DNA from: Longimicrobiales bacterium
Lineage (GTDB): Bacteria; Gemmatimonadota; Gemmatimonadetes; Longimicrobiales; Gaopeijiaceae
Assembly (NCBI GenBank): GCA_965198065.1
Contig: CBDAON010000004.1
Location: 1,888,001 to 1,952,000, forward strand
DNA length: 64,000 nt
Direction of reading: 5' to 3'
Both the position numbers and the translations under genes were made by a program. How positions within the stretch are numbered: the stretch's first letter is position 1; every line of letters begins with the position of its first letter. Of the stretch, positions 39,340 to 48,319 are shown piece after piece. Under the pieces are notes generated by a model that was not told the DNA's origin, did not search any database, and saw only the letters and a list, made by a program, of their open reading frames with translations.

Positions 39340-40704
39340 TCACCGGTCGCTCGCGACCGACGCCTCTGCAACCGATGAGCCCTCGGGGGCTCCCGGCGCC
39401 TCTACGCCCACCTGAAGCGAGCGAAGCAGGTCGCGAGCCAGGCGGTCCGCTTCATCGGTCGACGCTGCTGGGGTCGCCGTGCGGAGTGCCCGCGCGGCCT
39501 TGACGTCAGCGTGGATCTCTTCCATGACGGACTCCGCGAGCAGCCGCACCCGCCCTTCCCGACGAGCGCGGGCGACGGACTCGGCCAGGTGAGCCGCTTC
39601 ACCGGCCTCGTCGTGGCGGCCCAGCATGAGGGCGCCCCGCGCCACCTCCACCCAGGACTCGGACACTCCCGGAGCGGGCTCGCACCGGCCGAGCTCGTTG
39701 CGCGCCCAGTCGAACGCGTCGGTGTCCCCGAGCCCCCCGGCCGCACGCGCGACGGAGCCGAGAACGGTCGGCCGCTCCACGGGCCCGACCCTCCCGAGGG
39801 TCTCGAGAAAGACCGGGAGGGCGTGCCGGCAGTCTCCGCTCTCGAGCCAGAAGTAGGCGATGTCGTGCGCGAGCCGCGGGAGACCCGAGTGGCCGCGACT
39901 GTGGGCCGCGACCGCCTCGCGGGCGTAGCTGAAGGCCCGGTCCGGGTTACCCGCCTGCCATTCCAGAGTAAAAAGGTCGTGCAGGGACCAGGCCTCGCCG
40001 TCACGGAGGCCCTGCCGCCTCGAGCGGCGAAGGGCCTTGAGAATGCTTCGACGCGCGGCCGGGATCACCCCACGGCGAAGCATCATGACGCCGTGCTGGA
40101 GGTACGCGCGGACATACGCCTCCCAGTCGCGCGCCTGGCGAGCGAGCCCGACGGCCCGATAGAGCCATGCCTCCGCGCGGCCGTATTGCGCCAGGTCCCT
40201 CGACGTGCGGCCAACGGCGAGGGCGAACGCCGGATCCGCCGGGCAAGAAAGAGCAGCGGCTTGGAGGAATTCGAGCTCGGTGCGGCGATGGCCGCGCCCC
40301 TCTGCCCAGGTCGCAATTCGCCGGCAGGCGACGGCGACGAACCCGGGGTCGGCACGTTCGGGCTCCGACAGGACCGGGATCAGGTCCTCGAGCGCTTCCG
40401 TGAGTGCGGGCTCGTCGGCCGGCGCCGTGGCGAGGATCTCCAGCTGCCGCCGATCGGCCGCACCATCATCGAACAGTTTCCAGCGGGAAGCGGCGCCCAC
40501 ATCGGCCCAAAGGATCACGGATCGGAGGGACTTCCAGAGGACGCACCCGAGCTCGCCTCCGATCTCTCCGAGGACAACGAGTCCCTCCGGACCGGGCCCG
40601 TCCCCGTCGTGGACCAGAGGAGGAGGAATCCTCCAGCGCCTCTTCGCGACGGTGGGGTTCGTTTCGCGCGTTGGCGCACCGCGTCCGAGCTCGGCTGCTC
40701 GCAT
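39340..40704 (-). CDS. TPR-repeat protein, no signal peptide
   Basis: Helical repeats YGRAEAWLYRAVGLAR, YVRAYLQHG, EAWSLHDLF, PRLAHDIAYFW, SWVEVARGA; start uncertain. Confidence 0.75.
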   Translation of the reverse strand: MRAAELGRGAPTRETNPTVAKRRWRIPPPLVHDGDGPGPEGLVVLGEIGGELGCVLWKSLRSVILWADVGAASRWKLFDDGAADRRQLEILATAPADEPALTEALEDLIPVLSEPERADPGFVAVACRRIATWAEGRGHRRTELEFLQAAALSCPADPAFALAVGRTSRDLAQYGRAEAWLYRAVGLARQARDWEAYVRAYLQHGVMMLRRGVIPAARRSILKALRRSRRQGLRDGEAWSLHDLFTLEWQAGNPDRAFSYAREAVAAHSRGHSGLPRLAHDIAYFWLESGDCRHALPVFLETLGRVGPVERPTVLGSVARAAGGLGDTDAFDWARNELGRCEPAPGVSESWVEVARGALMLGRHDEAGEAAHLAESVARARREGRVRLLAESVMEEIHADVKAARALRTATPAASTDEADRLARDLLRSLQVGVEAPGAPEGSSVAEASVASDR

Positions 40705-40913
40705 TCGGCCTCCGTGAGCGTGATCACTGTCTGGACCGTGCCGCTCATAGAGTTTCAAGCTAAAACCCCGAGAGGGCCCAGGTCCAGAGTGCCAAGACTC
40801 CTGCAGGGCGCCGGTCCAACAGCGCCCTCGTGGATCCAGTGGCTGGACGACGGGCCGAAACGATCCGTACGCCCCAGCCCGGGCTCCCGGGGTGTCAATC
40901 AGGCAGGCCGGGC

Positions 40914-41696
40914 CTACGGAGTCCCCACCGGAGCGCCTTCGAGAAGGGTTCGCACGGGAGGCGGCAGCTCCAGCTCGGCGGCGGTTACCCCGTTCAGCTC
41001 GACGCTCGTCACCGTGACCTCTTGGTCCTGGCCCATCACGCGCTGAATCATCCGCATGGGAATGAGCATGCCGCCGTGCTCGCGGTAATCGGAAAGGAGC
41101 GTTGTGACGGGGAGGGGCCCCATGGGCGTGAGCTCGACGTCCTCGGATGCGATGAGGAGCCCGCTGTCCGCCGAGAAGCAGTCGTGGCTTTCGCGCCCGG
41201 AGGCCCATTCGAGTCGCACCCTCCAGCACGCTTCCCCTTCGAACTCGGACAGCTCCACTGTCTCGCGTCCGGGCACGATCTCAGGATCGCGGAGGTCTCC
41301 CAGCACGTGCGCGCGCTCCCGGGCCTGCTCCAACTCGGCTCCCTCGAGGAGCATGGGGCCGAGCAGCGAGTTCATGCTCCAGCCCACGCGGCCGTCGTAG
41401 CCGAGCACCTGCTCTCCGATGCCAGGCAGAGTGGCCCGAAACACGCTCTGGTCCGGGAGAATCTGGATCACCTCGAACTCCCCCTCGATCCCAAGCCCGG
41501 CCATGGACACGGTTCCGGTGGTGCGAATGCTCAACGGTGCCAGATGCGCGTCGCTTCCCCCAATGGCTTCCACGTACCTCCTGATCAGGTCGTCCGCCGC
41601 GGGTAGCTCCTGGGCCCGGAGGGAAGGCGAGAGGAGAAGGAGGGCGAAGCCCAGGGCCGTATGAATCGAACGCTGTCTCATTATCGGTGTCTCCAT
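40914..41696 (-). CDS. Secreted LolA-like / lipoprotein-sorting-like beta protein
   Basis: Signal peptide; YVEAIGG, GYDGRVGW, SDYREHGGMLIP. Confidence 0.6.
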   Translation of the reverse strand: METPIMRQRSIHTALGFALLLLSPSLRAQELPAADDLIRRYVEAIGGSDAHLAPLSIRTTGTVSMAGLGIEGEFEVIQILPDQSVFRATLPGIGEQVLGYDGRVGWSMNSLLGPMLLEGAELEQARERAHVLGDLRDPEIVPGRETVELSEFEGEACWRVRLEWASGRESHDCFSADSGLLIASEDVELTPMGPLPVTTLLSDYREHGGMLIPMRMIQRVMGQDQEVTVTSVELNGVTAAELELPPPVRTLLEGAPVGTP

Positions 41697-41705
41697 ATGG
41701 CTCGG

Positions 41706-43097
41706 TCAGCGGGGGCCCGATACGGGGGCCGACGCACCCGGAAGCGAGCCCAGCCAGTCCAACGCAGCTGCGAGCGCGACGTCCCTCCCCGCGAGGAGGG
41801 ACTCACGGCTCGGTGCTCGCGGGACATCGGGCTGCACTCCCGACCCCTCGAGCCGCGATCCGTCCGGTGCCGTGAAGTCGGCGACCACGTGCATCATGCG
41901 GTCCCCATTGGGCAGTTCCACGACGACTGCCGGAAGCGCCTGACCGGCCGTGGGCTCCCCGAACAGCCGGGCGCGACCGAGCGCTTGGAGGCCCGCCGCG
42001 AAGAACTCCGAGGTGCTGGCGGTCAGCGGATCCACGAGGATGGCCACCGGTCCCGCGTAGGGCTCCACGCGGCGCCCGTCCGGAGCGACGCGCTGAGGGT
42101 TCACGACGAACTGGAGCTCCGTGTCCCGGGTACGCATCGCGCCGAGGCTGACGGGCTCGTCGAGGAAGTGCCCCCCGATCCCCATGGCGAGGGCGCCGAG
42201 CCTCCCGGGGTTCCCCCGGAGATCCAGCACGATGCCGTGGGCATCGCGCAGTTCGTCCACGGCCGCGGCGACGGCGGGCACGATCGCCGGGAACCAGGCT
42301 GACCAGCGGACGACTCCGACCCGCTGGCCGCCGGTCAGGATCTCCTCCCGGAAGTCGGCGTCCACGCGAAGCGGCGGGAGATTTCCGAAGCGCACCTCCT
42401 CCCCTGCCGGAGGAGCACGGTCGACGTCGAAAACGATGGGCGCACTGGAACCGTCCCGAAACCCAAGCCGGACCGGCGTTCCCTCTGGTCCGAGCAGCCG
42501 CCGCTCGACGGCTTCCGGGAGCCAGAGCGCGAACTCGCGTTCCTCCGTGCGATCGGGAACGGCCGCCCGGATCCGCTGGACCAGGCTGTCTACCGGAAGG
42601 CCTGCGATGGACTCGAGGATCCAGCCGGGTTGAATGCCTGCGACGGCCGCGGGGCTTTCCTCTCGGACTCGCGCGACCACGACCGCGCCGTCCAGCCAGC
42701 GGATGCCCAGGCCAGGGCTCGCGTTGCCCTGCGGCGGACCGACCGGATCCACGCCCAACAGCCCCACCGCCGAGCCGGGAATGATCGTGAAGTGCGACTC
42801 TCCGAGCCGCCCGAGCATCTCGGACAACACGCGCCGAAGCTCGCTCGGGCTCTCGGCCGCGACCGCACGCGGCCGGAGCTCCGCACGCACCGCATCCCAA
42901 TCCAGGCCGCGCATGCCGGGGTCGTAGTATGTGTCGCGTATCCGATTCCACACGAAGTCGAACGTGACCTGCGGGGAAGCCGTCCCCGGGGAGGAGGGAG
43001 GCTGACGGAGCGCGGCGGCGGCCGGCGGCGAAAGAACGGAAACGGCGACGCCTACCGCGAACAGGCCACGCCTGCCGTTCCTGGGTGAAGTCAACAC
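41706..43097 (-). CDS. Secreted S41-family peptidase with PDZ domain
   Basis: YYDP, SPAAVAGI PDZ, IVLDLRGN, TASTSE, GVQPD. Confidence 0.85.
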   Translation of the reverse strand: MLTSPRNGRRGLFAVGVAVSVLSPPAAAALRQPPSSPGTASPQVTFDFVWNRIRDTYYDPGMRGLDWDAVRAELRPRAVAAESPSELRRVLSEMLGRLGESHFTIIPGSAVGLLGVDPVGPPQGNASPGLGIRWLDGAVVVARVREESPAAVAGIQPGWILESIAGLPVDSLVQRIRAAVPDRTEEREFALWLPEAVERRLLGPEGTPVRLGFRDGSSAPIVFDVDRAPPAGEEVRFGNLPPLRVDADFREEILTGGQRVGVVRWSAWFPAIVPAVAAAVDELRDAHGIVLDLRGNPGRLGALAMGIGGHFLDEPVSLGAMRTRDTELQFVVNPQRVAPDGRRVEPYAGPVAILVDPLTASTSEFFAAGLQALGRARLFGEPTAGQALPAVVVELPNGDRMMHVVADFTAPDGSRLEGSGVQPDVPRAPSRESLLAGRDVALAAALDWLGSLPGASAPVSGPR

Positions 43098-43206
43098 CGG
43101 TCTAGCGGCCCGAGCATGGTTGGCCGATCGAGAGTCCGGTCGGACGGGTCCCTTCTCAAGGCAACTCCCGTGCGAGGGGAAGGTAGCGCGCGCCCGCGGA
43201 TCTCGC

Positions 43207-43413
43207 TCAGGTGTCCAGGACCACGCTCCTTCGGCACCGTGGACAGGTCCACCATGCCCGTCGGCGTACGTAGCTCACCTCGGCGGAGGGCGTAATGTTC
43301 CGGGCGAGTGTGAGGCTCGACCCACACCGGGGGCACTCGAGGCGCCTCCGCGCGCGGTGCGCTCGCTTGAGGACTTCTACCTCTTGCCGCGAATAGACTC
43401 GAGTCGTGACCAC
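43207..43413 (-). CDS. Small zinc-ribbon protein
   Basis: Two CPRC motifs in 68 aa. Confidence 0.6.
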   Translation of the reverse strand: MVTTRVYSRQEVEVLKRAHRARRRLECPRCGSSLTLARNITPSAEVSYVRRRAWWTCPRCRRSVVLDT

Positions 43414-43523
43414 GGGCTCCTCCGAAGAATTGCCTCATGCGGTCTTCCGATGTGCGCCAAACGTTTCCACGTCGATTGGCCGGAAGGCCAGTATTCAAGC
43501 GGCTTTTCCTGGTCTCCTTTCCC

Positions 43524-43552
43524 TTGACGCGTCTGTGGGCGCGGCTTACCGT
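43524..43552 (+). promoter_or_regulatory. Sigma70-like promoter upstream of the HU gene
   Basis: TTGACG - 17 bp - TACCGT. Confidence 0.5.
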
Positions 43553-43704
43553 TCACAAGGTTTCCGGGCGGGGGTCCCTCAGGTAGCCTTTCTTCCCGGG
43601 GATATGGACGGCATCGCTCGTGGCCTGTGGTGCTTGCGGGTCGGGACGCGCTAGGAGTCGCTGGCTCAGTTCACCTCACCATCTTGCTCCGAGGAGTGAC
43701 CCTG

Positions 43705-43989
43705 ATGAACAAATCCGAACTCGTGGACGCACTCGCGAATGCCACCGGCATGACGAAATCCGATGCGGGGCGGGCGATCGATGCGCTCTTCTCCACGGAT
43801 GGGGGAGTCATCGCGAAGGCGCTGAGAAAGGGGAATCGGGTTCAGATCACTGGTTTCGGCACGTTCGAGACCAAAAATCGGAAAGCGCGCACCGGAAGGA
43901 ATCCTCGCACCGGTGAGACGATTCGGATCGCGGCGACGAGGACTCCAGGGTTCCGCGCGGGGAAGGGGCTGAAGGACGCTGTCCGCTGA
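43705..43989 (+). CDS. hup: DNA-binding protein HU
   Basis: MNKSELVDALA, ITGFGTF, RTGRNPRTGE, FRAGKGLKDAV; RBS GAGGAG. Confidence 0.95.
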   Translation: MNKSELVDALANATGMTKSDAGRAIDALFSTDGGVIAKALRKGNRVQITGFGTFETKNRKARTGRNPRTGETIRIAATRTPGFRAGKGLKDAVR

Positions 43990-44133
43990 TGGACTGAACA
44001 CGGCCCCGGGGCGGTTGCCGCCCGCGGGAGCTGACCGGGAGGCCGCGCTCTCGCCCCGAGGGCGCGGCCTCTCGCGTCTTCCGGGAAGCACCGCTTCGGG
44101 TCCGAAACGATCATGCCGGTCACGCATGCGGGC

Positions 44134-45036
44134 TCAGGAGGTAGCTGAATGAGGCTGACGCTGGGATACCACGGCCATTGCCACGCCTCCCAAGATCAGA
44201 ACGCTCGCCACGACCAACCTGAGCGAGACGAGCTCTCCGAGAAACACGACTCCGCCAAACGAGGCGAGCACGGGCACCAGGAGTTGTACGACGGCTGCGA
44301 GGGTGCGCGTGAGGCCCCGTAGCGCCCGGTACCAGACGACGTACCCGAGACCGGATGCAACTGCGCCCGACGCCGTGGCCAACAGTAGGCCCGTCCAGTC
44401 GACCGTAATGAAGGAGAACCCGACGACACTGGCGAGAAGGGCCAGCGGGAGTGCTCGGACGAAGCTTGTCGTGGTGGCGCGGACCGGAGCCTGGGCTCTT
44501 CTGCCAAACAGGGAATAAACTCCCCATGCGACACCGGCTGCCAGCATCAGTAGCGCACCGACTGGATCGGGAGCCGTGGCTCCTGGCACTGTCAGGTAAG
44601 CCATACCGCCGGCTGCCAGGACGAATCCCAGCCACTGCGCGGCTCGGAGGCGCTCGCCGGACCGGAGCCCCGCCCCAATCATCGTAGCCTGCACCGCCCC
44701 GAACAGGATGAGGGCACCCGTGCCAGTCTCCAGGGACACGTATGCCATCGAGAAGGTCGCCGCGTAGCCGAAGAGCGCTAGCGCCGATCGCCACGATCCC
44801 TCAGAGCCCCGTGAGGCACTCACCCTCCGGACACCGCTCAGATACCGCAGGGAGACCAGGACGAGAGTCCCGCTGAGCAACCTGACGGTCGTGAAGGAGA
44901 GAGGTCGATCAGCCCGGCGACCCAGGGCCATCCGGCAAAGAAGGGAGTTCGCGGCGAACGCCACCATGGCGAATGCCACGAGGGTCGCGGTAAGCCCGAC
45001 CGGCTCACCCGTTTCTCGAGCCGCGCTCACCTCCAA
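44134..45036 (-). CDS. DMT/EamA family transporter
   Basis: About ten hydrophobic segments; AFAANSLLCR, SGLGYVVWY, FLGE. Confidence 0.88.
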   Translation of the reverse strand: MEVSAARETGEPVGLTATLVAFAMVAFAANSLLCRMALGRRADRPLSFTTVRLLSGTLVLVSLRYLSGVRRVSASRGSEGSWRSALALFGYAATFSMAYVSLETGTGALILFGAVQATMIGAGLRSGERLRAAQWLGFVLAAGGMAYLTVPGATAPDPVGALLMLAAGVAWGVYSLFGRRAQAPVRATTTSFVRALPLALLASVVGFSFITVDWTGLLLATASGAVASGLGYVVWYRALRGLTRTLAAVVQLLVPVLASFGGVVFLGELVSLRLVVASVLILGGVAMAVVSQRQPHSATS

Positions 45037-45493
45037 GGGATACGGTGTAGCAGAGGGCCGTGCCTTCCAGGGCGACGGTGCTATCGTCGCGAGTCACCGT
45101 TGTCCTCAGCTTCGTGATGGGCTTGTCGGTGCGCACTTCGAGCACCTCTACCGAGCCCGTGATGGAATCGCCCGGCCGAACCGGAGCCTTGAAACTCCAA
45201 TCAACGTGGAGAAAAACGGTTCCCGGTCCCGGCAGCTGCTCGGCAACAACCGCGTTCAGGATAGCGCTGGTGACCCCGCCTTGAACGATGATCTCGCCGA
45301 AGGTCGTACCCCGAACAAGGTCTTCGTCGTAGTGAAGAGGGTTCCGATCCCCGGAGATGGCCGTGAACAATTCGATATCGCGCTCGGACACCTTGCGTGT
45401 CCGCTCCGCCCGCTGGCCCGTCCGGGGTGCGCCGGAGGGCCAGATGCTATCGAGTCCCACGGTGAAAATCTCCTTTGTGTTGGCCACTCTCAT
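45005..45493 (-). CDS. MaoC-family dehydratase
   Basis: ISGDRNPLHYD, LPGPG, FKAPVRPGD. Confidence 0.9.
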   Translation of the reverse strand: MRVANTKEIFTVGLDSIWPSGAPRTGQRAERTRKVSERDIELFTAISGDRNPLHYDEDLVRGTTFGEIIVQGGVTSAILNAVVAEQLPGPGTVFLHVDWSFKAPVRPGDSITGSVEVLEVRTDKPITKLRTTVTRDDSTVALEGTALCYTVSLGGERGSRNG

Positions 45494-45502
45494 GACACTC
45501 GC

Positions 45503-47182
45503 TCATGCCTTCCGCCCACCTCCGCCCCCGGGCCCCTTTCCTGCTCCGGGGCGTCCACCCGGTGGTCGCGGCCGGCCGCTTCGCCTCTCCCCTGCATCGC
45601 CGGCGGGCGCGTGTCTCCTGGCGGCATCCGCACGCGCGTCCTTGCGATCGAAGTCTGCCCGCACGCTCCTTCCCCGGATAGTGGTTCCGTTCAGCGCGCG
45701 GATGACGCGATCCGCTACCTCCTCGTGCACCTCCACCTTGGAGAACGTGTCTCTTAGATCGATGCGTCCAACCTGCTCCCTTTCGACGCCGGCCTCCCCC
45801 AGGATGGCGCCTAGCAGGTCACCCGGGCCGACTCCGTCTCGATCGCCGACGCTCAGGAACAGACGGACCCACGCGGGCGGGCGCGCGCCCGCCGCCGCGG
45901 TGCCCCGGCCGACATCCAGACCCGCACCCGCCGCCGCGCGGCCCGCGGGTGGGACTGCTCGACGGAGGAGGAGCGCCAGCGCGGCGGCGACCTCGGCCGG
46001 GTCCCGGGCCCGGAACATCGGCTCGAGAAGGACGAGATGGGGCAGGAGGTCCTCCTCGTCGATCACCCGCGTCAGATCCTCGAGGAAGGTCGAGGCCGGG
46101 TCCCTCCCGGGGATCGCCCCGGGAGTCCAAGCCTCCAGCGAATACCCCGCCTCCCGGGCGGCCCGGCGGAGGTGAGGAAGCTCCCTCGGATGCGCGAGCA
46201 CAACGCCCCCTCCGGGCGAGCGACCGTGGCGCCGATCCAGCTCGTCCGCGTCGATCGGCACCTCGAGTGAGAGCGACACGACTCGGTCGCCGTCCACACC
46301 CGAAGCCTCGAGGGCGGCCCTGGCCTCGAGCGCATCCACACCCAGCCAGACCGGCGTCTCCCTGTCTCCGGGCGCGCCGCCAGCGAATCCCCGAAGCACG
46401 AGTAAGTCTCCCACGTCGGCGGCGCGGTCCTCGGACCTGGCGTAGGTCATCACGTGGGCGAACCCCTCGTCGAGAAGCGCCTCGACGACCGCGGCCAGAA
46501 GGTCGTCCTCGTCCCCCGTCCACGCATGAACGCGCACAGAGCCGCGTGGAACGCTCGGGGCCTGGACCGTATCCGATCCGGCTTCGGGCGGCAGGAAGAC
46601 CGCGCGCCGCGCATGGCGCTCCACGAGCTCGCGCACGCTCGAGTCGATCGGGTCGCTCACGACAATGAGCTGCAGATCCTGGCGCTCGATGGACGCGAGA
46701 AGGATGGGCAGGTGGGCGCCCGATCCATCCGCGAGCAGCGCGCCGGCCTGATCCAGCACGACAGCCCGCACCTCGTCGACCTTGACCGCGGCCGTTCTGA
46801 CGTATCGCTCCAGATCCTCCTGAGTGGCAAACAGGACGTCCGAACGCTCGGGAACCGCCCACGGGACTCCGAGGGCGCCGACCCGGTGTCCGCTGGTGAC
46901 GGCGAGTCTGGCGAGCGACGTGGCTAGCGACCCCGCCCGCTCCCGCCCGAGCGTGATCACGAGCGCCTGGGGGTAGGAGCCTGCCGGAGTGAGGCGCTCG
47001 AGGAGCGGGACGCCGTACGCGACGAGGATGCCGCTTCCGGGGCCGGCCCGCAGCACGGCGGAGTTCCCGCGCAGGAGGAGCGGGACGGCCTGTGCCTGGA
47101 GCGGCGTAGGGACCTCGATCCCCTCCGCTGCCAGCGCCTCCTCGAGCGGAGGGCTCACACCCAGCTCTTCGAATGACGGCAT
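45503..47182 (-). CDS. DEAD-box-helicase-like protein with DbpA RNA-binding domain and degenerate motifs
   Basis: Q-motif FEELG...PTPLQ; Walker A region GPGSGILVAY; DEAD replaced by DQAG; C-terminal RLFLSVGDRDGV.PGDLLGAI. Confidence 0.8.
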   Translation of the reverse strand: MPSFEELGVSPPLEEALAAEGIEVPTPLQAQAVPLLLRGNSAVLRAGPGSGILVAYGVPLLERLTPAGSYPQALVITLGRERAGSLATSLARLAVTSGHRVGALGVPWAVPERSDVLFATQEDLERYVRTAAVKVDEVRAVVLDQAGALLADGSGAHLPILLASIERQDLQLIVVSDPIDSSVRELVERHARRAVFLPPEAGSDTVQAPSVPRGSVRVHAWTGDEDDLLAAVVEALLDEGFAHVMTYARSEDRAADVGDLLVLRGFAGGAPGDRETPVWLGVDALEARAALEASGVDGDRVVSLSLEVPIDADELDRRHGRSPGGGVVLAHPRELPHLRRAAREAGYSLEAWTPGAIPGRDPASTFLEDLTRVIDEEDLLPHLVLLEPMFRARDPAEVAAALALLLRRAVPPAGRAAAGAGLDVGRGTAAAGARPPAWVRLFLSVGDRDGVGPGDLLGAILGEAGVEREQVGRIDLRDTFSKVEVHEEVADRVIRALNGTTIRGRSVRADFDRKDARADAARRHAPAGDAGERRSGRPRPPGGRPGAGKGPGGGGGRKA

Positions 47183-47199
47183 GAGGCGAGAGCTCCCCG

Positions 47200-47502
47200 T
47201 CACCCGGACAGCCCAGACCCGGGCCCGCCGGTGTCGCCGACTTCGTACGGAAGGCGGTTCAGGAAGCTCTGGATCTCGTAGTCCATGCGGGAGGTCCGAA
47301 GCCGGTCGGTTTGCGCCGTCACCTCGGTGTAGAGCGAGTGCCGGTGCGCCGCGATCGTGACCGTCCCTTCCTCGCCGATGTACGTCGCGCCGTGAGACGA
47401 GTCCCGCGACCTGGAAACGCCGATGCGCTCGGGCAGCACCTCGTCCGCGAGCCCGAGGACCTCCTTGGGCGTCGCCACGGTCTTACGCGAGTAGCCGGCC
47501 AT
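47200..47502 (-). CDS. Hypothetical protein
   Basis: 100-aa ORF tightly coupled to both neighbours. Confidence 0.65.
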   Translation of the reverse strand: MAGYSRKTVATPKEVLGLADEVLPERIGVSRSRDSSHGATYIGEEGTVTIAAHRHSLYTEVTAQTDRLRTSRMDYEIQSFLNRLPYEVGDTGGPGSGLSG

Positions 47503-47504
47503 AC

Positions 47505-48104
47505 CTAACCATCGTTGCCTCCTAACCGTTCGAGAAAGTCGAGGACGTCGGCGGCACGTGTGAACCCCTCCAGCCTGCGCCCCCCAGTCTCGAGCGTGGG
47601 CACGCCGCGAACCCCCGCCTCGAGCGCCTCGGCGCGGCCCCGCTCCACCGCGGGGGCGAACCGATCCACCCCCAGAACGGTGCGGGCCTCCGCTCCGGAA
47701 AGACCCTGTGCTTCCGCGAGGCTCACGAGCGTGTCCACGCGACCGATGTCGATCGCATGAACGAAGTGCGCCTCGAAGAGAGCCGTGTGGATGCGATCGA
47801 AGCGTCCCTTCTCCCTCGCGTGGAGAGCGAGCTCGTGCGCCTTCCGGGTCCAGGGCAACCCTTCGGGGCACACGAACGGGATCCCCTCATCGGATGCGAT
47901 CCGCTCCATCTCCGCTATGAGCGCCGACCACTCGGGGGCAGGGGGGTCTAGTTGGGACGCCGGGGGCGCGCGAAGCTCGAGCGCCACCCACCTCACGTGG
48001 ATCGGGTCGGGTCGGTCGGCCACCCAGCGAGCCAGCAAACGGTGCGCCAGGTACGAGCCCGGGTCCACGTAGTCGAATGTGAAGTCGATCCGGGTGTGTC
48101 CCAT
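47505..48104 (-). CDS. DsbA/FrnE-like thioredoxin-fold protein without CxxC
   Basis: FTFDYVDPGSY, TRKAHEL, LFEAHF, GVRGVPT. Confidence 0.75.
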   Translation of the reverse strand: MGHTRIDFTFDYVDPGSYLAHRLLARWVADRPDPIHVRWVALELRAPPASQLDPPAPEWSALIAEMERIASDEGIPFVCPEGLPWTRKAHELALHAREKGRFDRIHTALFEAHFVHAIDIGRVDTLVSLAEAQGLSGAEARTVLGVDRFAPAVERGRAEALEAGVRGVPTLETGGRRLEGFTRAADVLDFLERLGGNDG

Positions 48105-48319
48105 CGGTTGCCGCCCATCTTCCCGCCGCCGCGACGACCCGGAACGGGTCCTCGACGCCCGCCGGGGGGGGCGGCTGGTAATCTGGTGGATTCGATCGAG
48201 ACAGATCAACCTCGCTCGGGTTGCTCCCCCTTTCGGGGGTCTCGATATTCCGGGCTCCGGCGCCCGGGCTGGCGCCGCGGACCCGGCCGGCTCCCTCTTC
48301 CACGCGATCCGCTCCGCCC

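Noticed and set aside
38974..39343. Minus-strand ORFs with PPPPEPRK or AAAAGAEE repeats
   Set aside because: They are shadows of the + strand peptide. Repeat variation is fully synonymous only in the NGFLGSGGGG frame, which also has the RBS, signal peptide and terminator.
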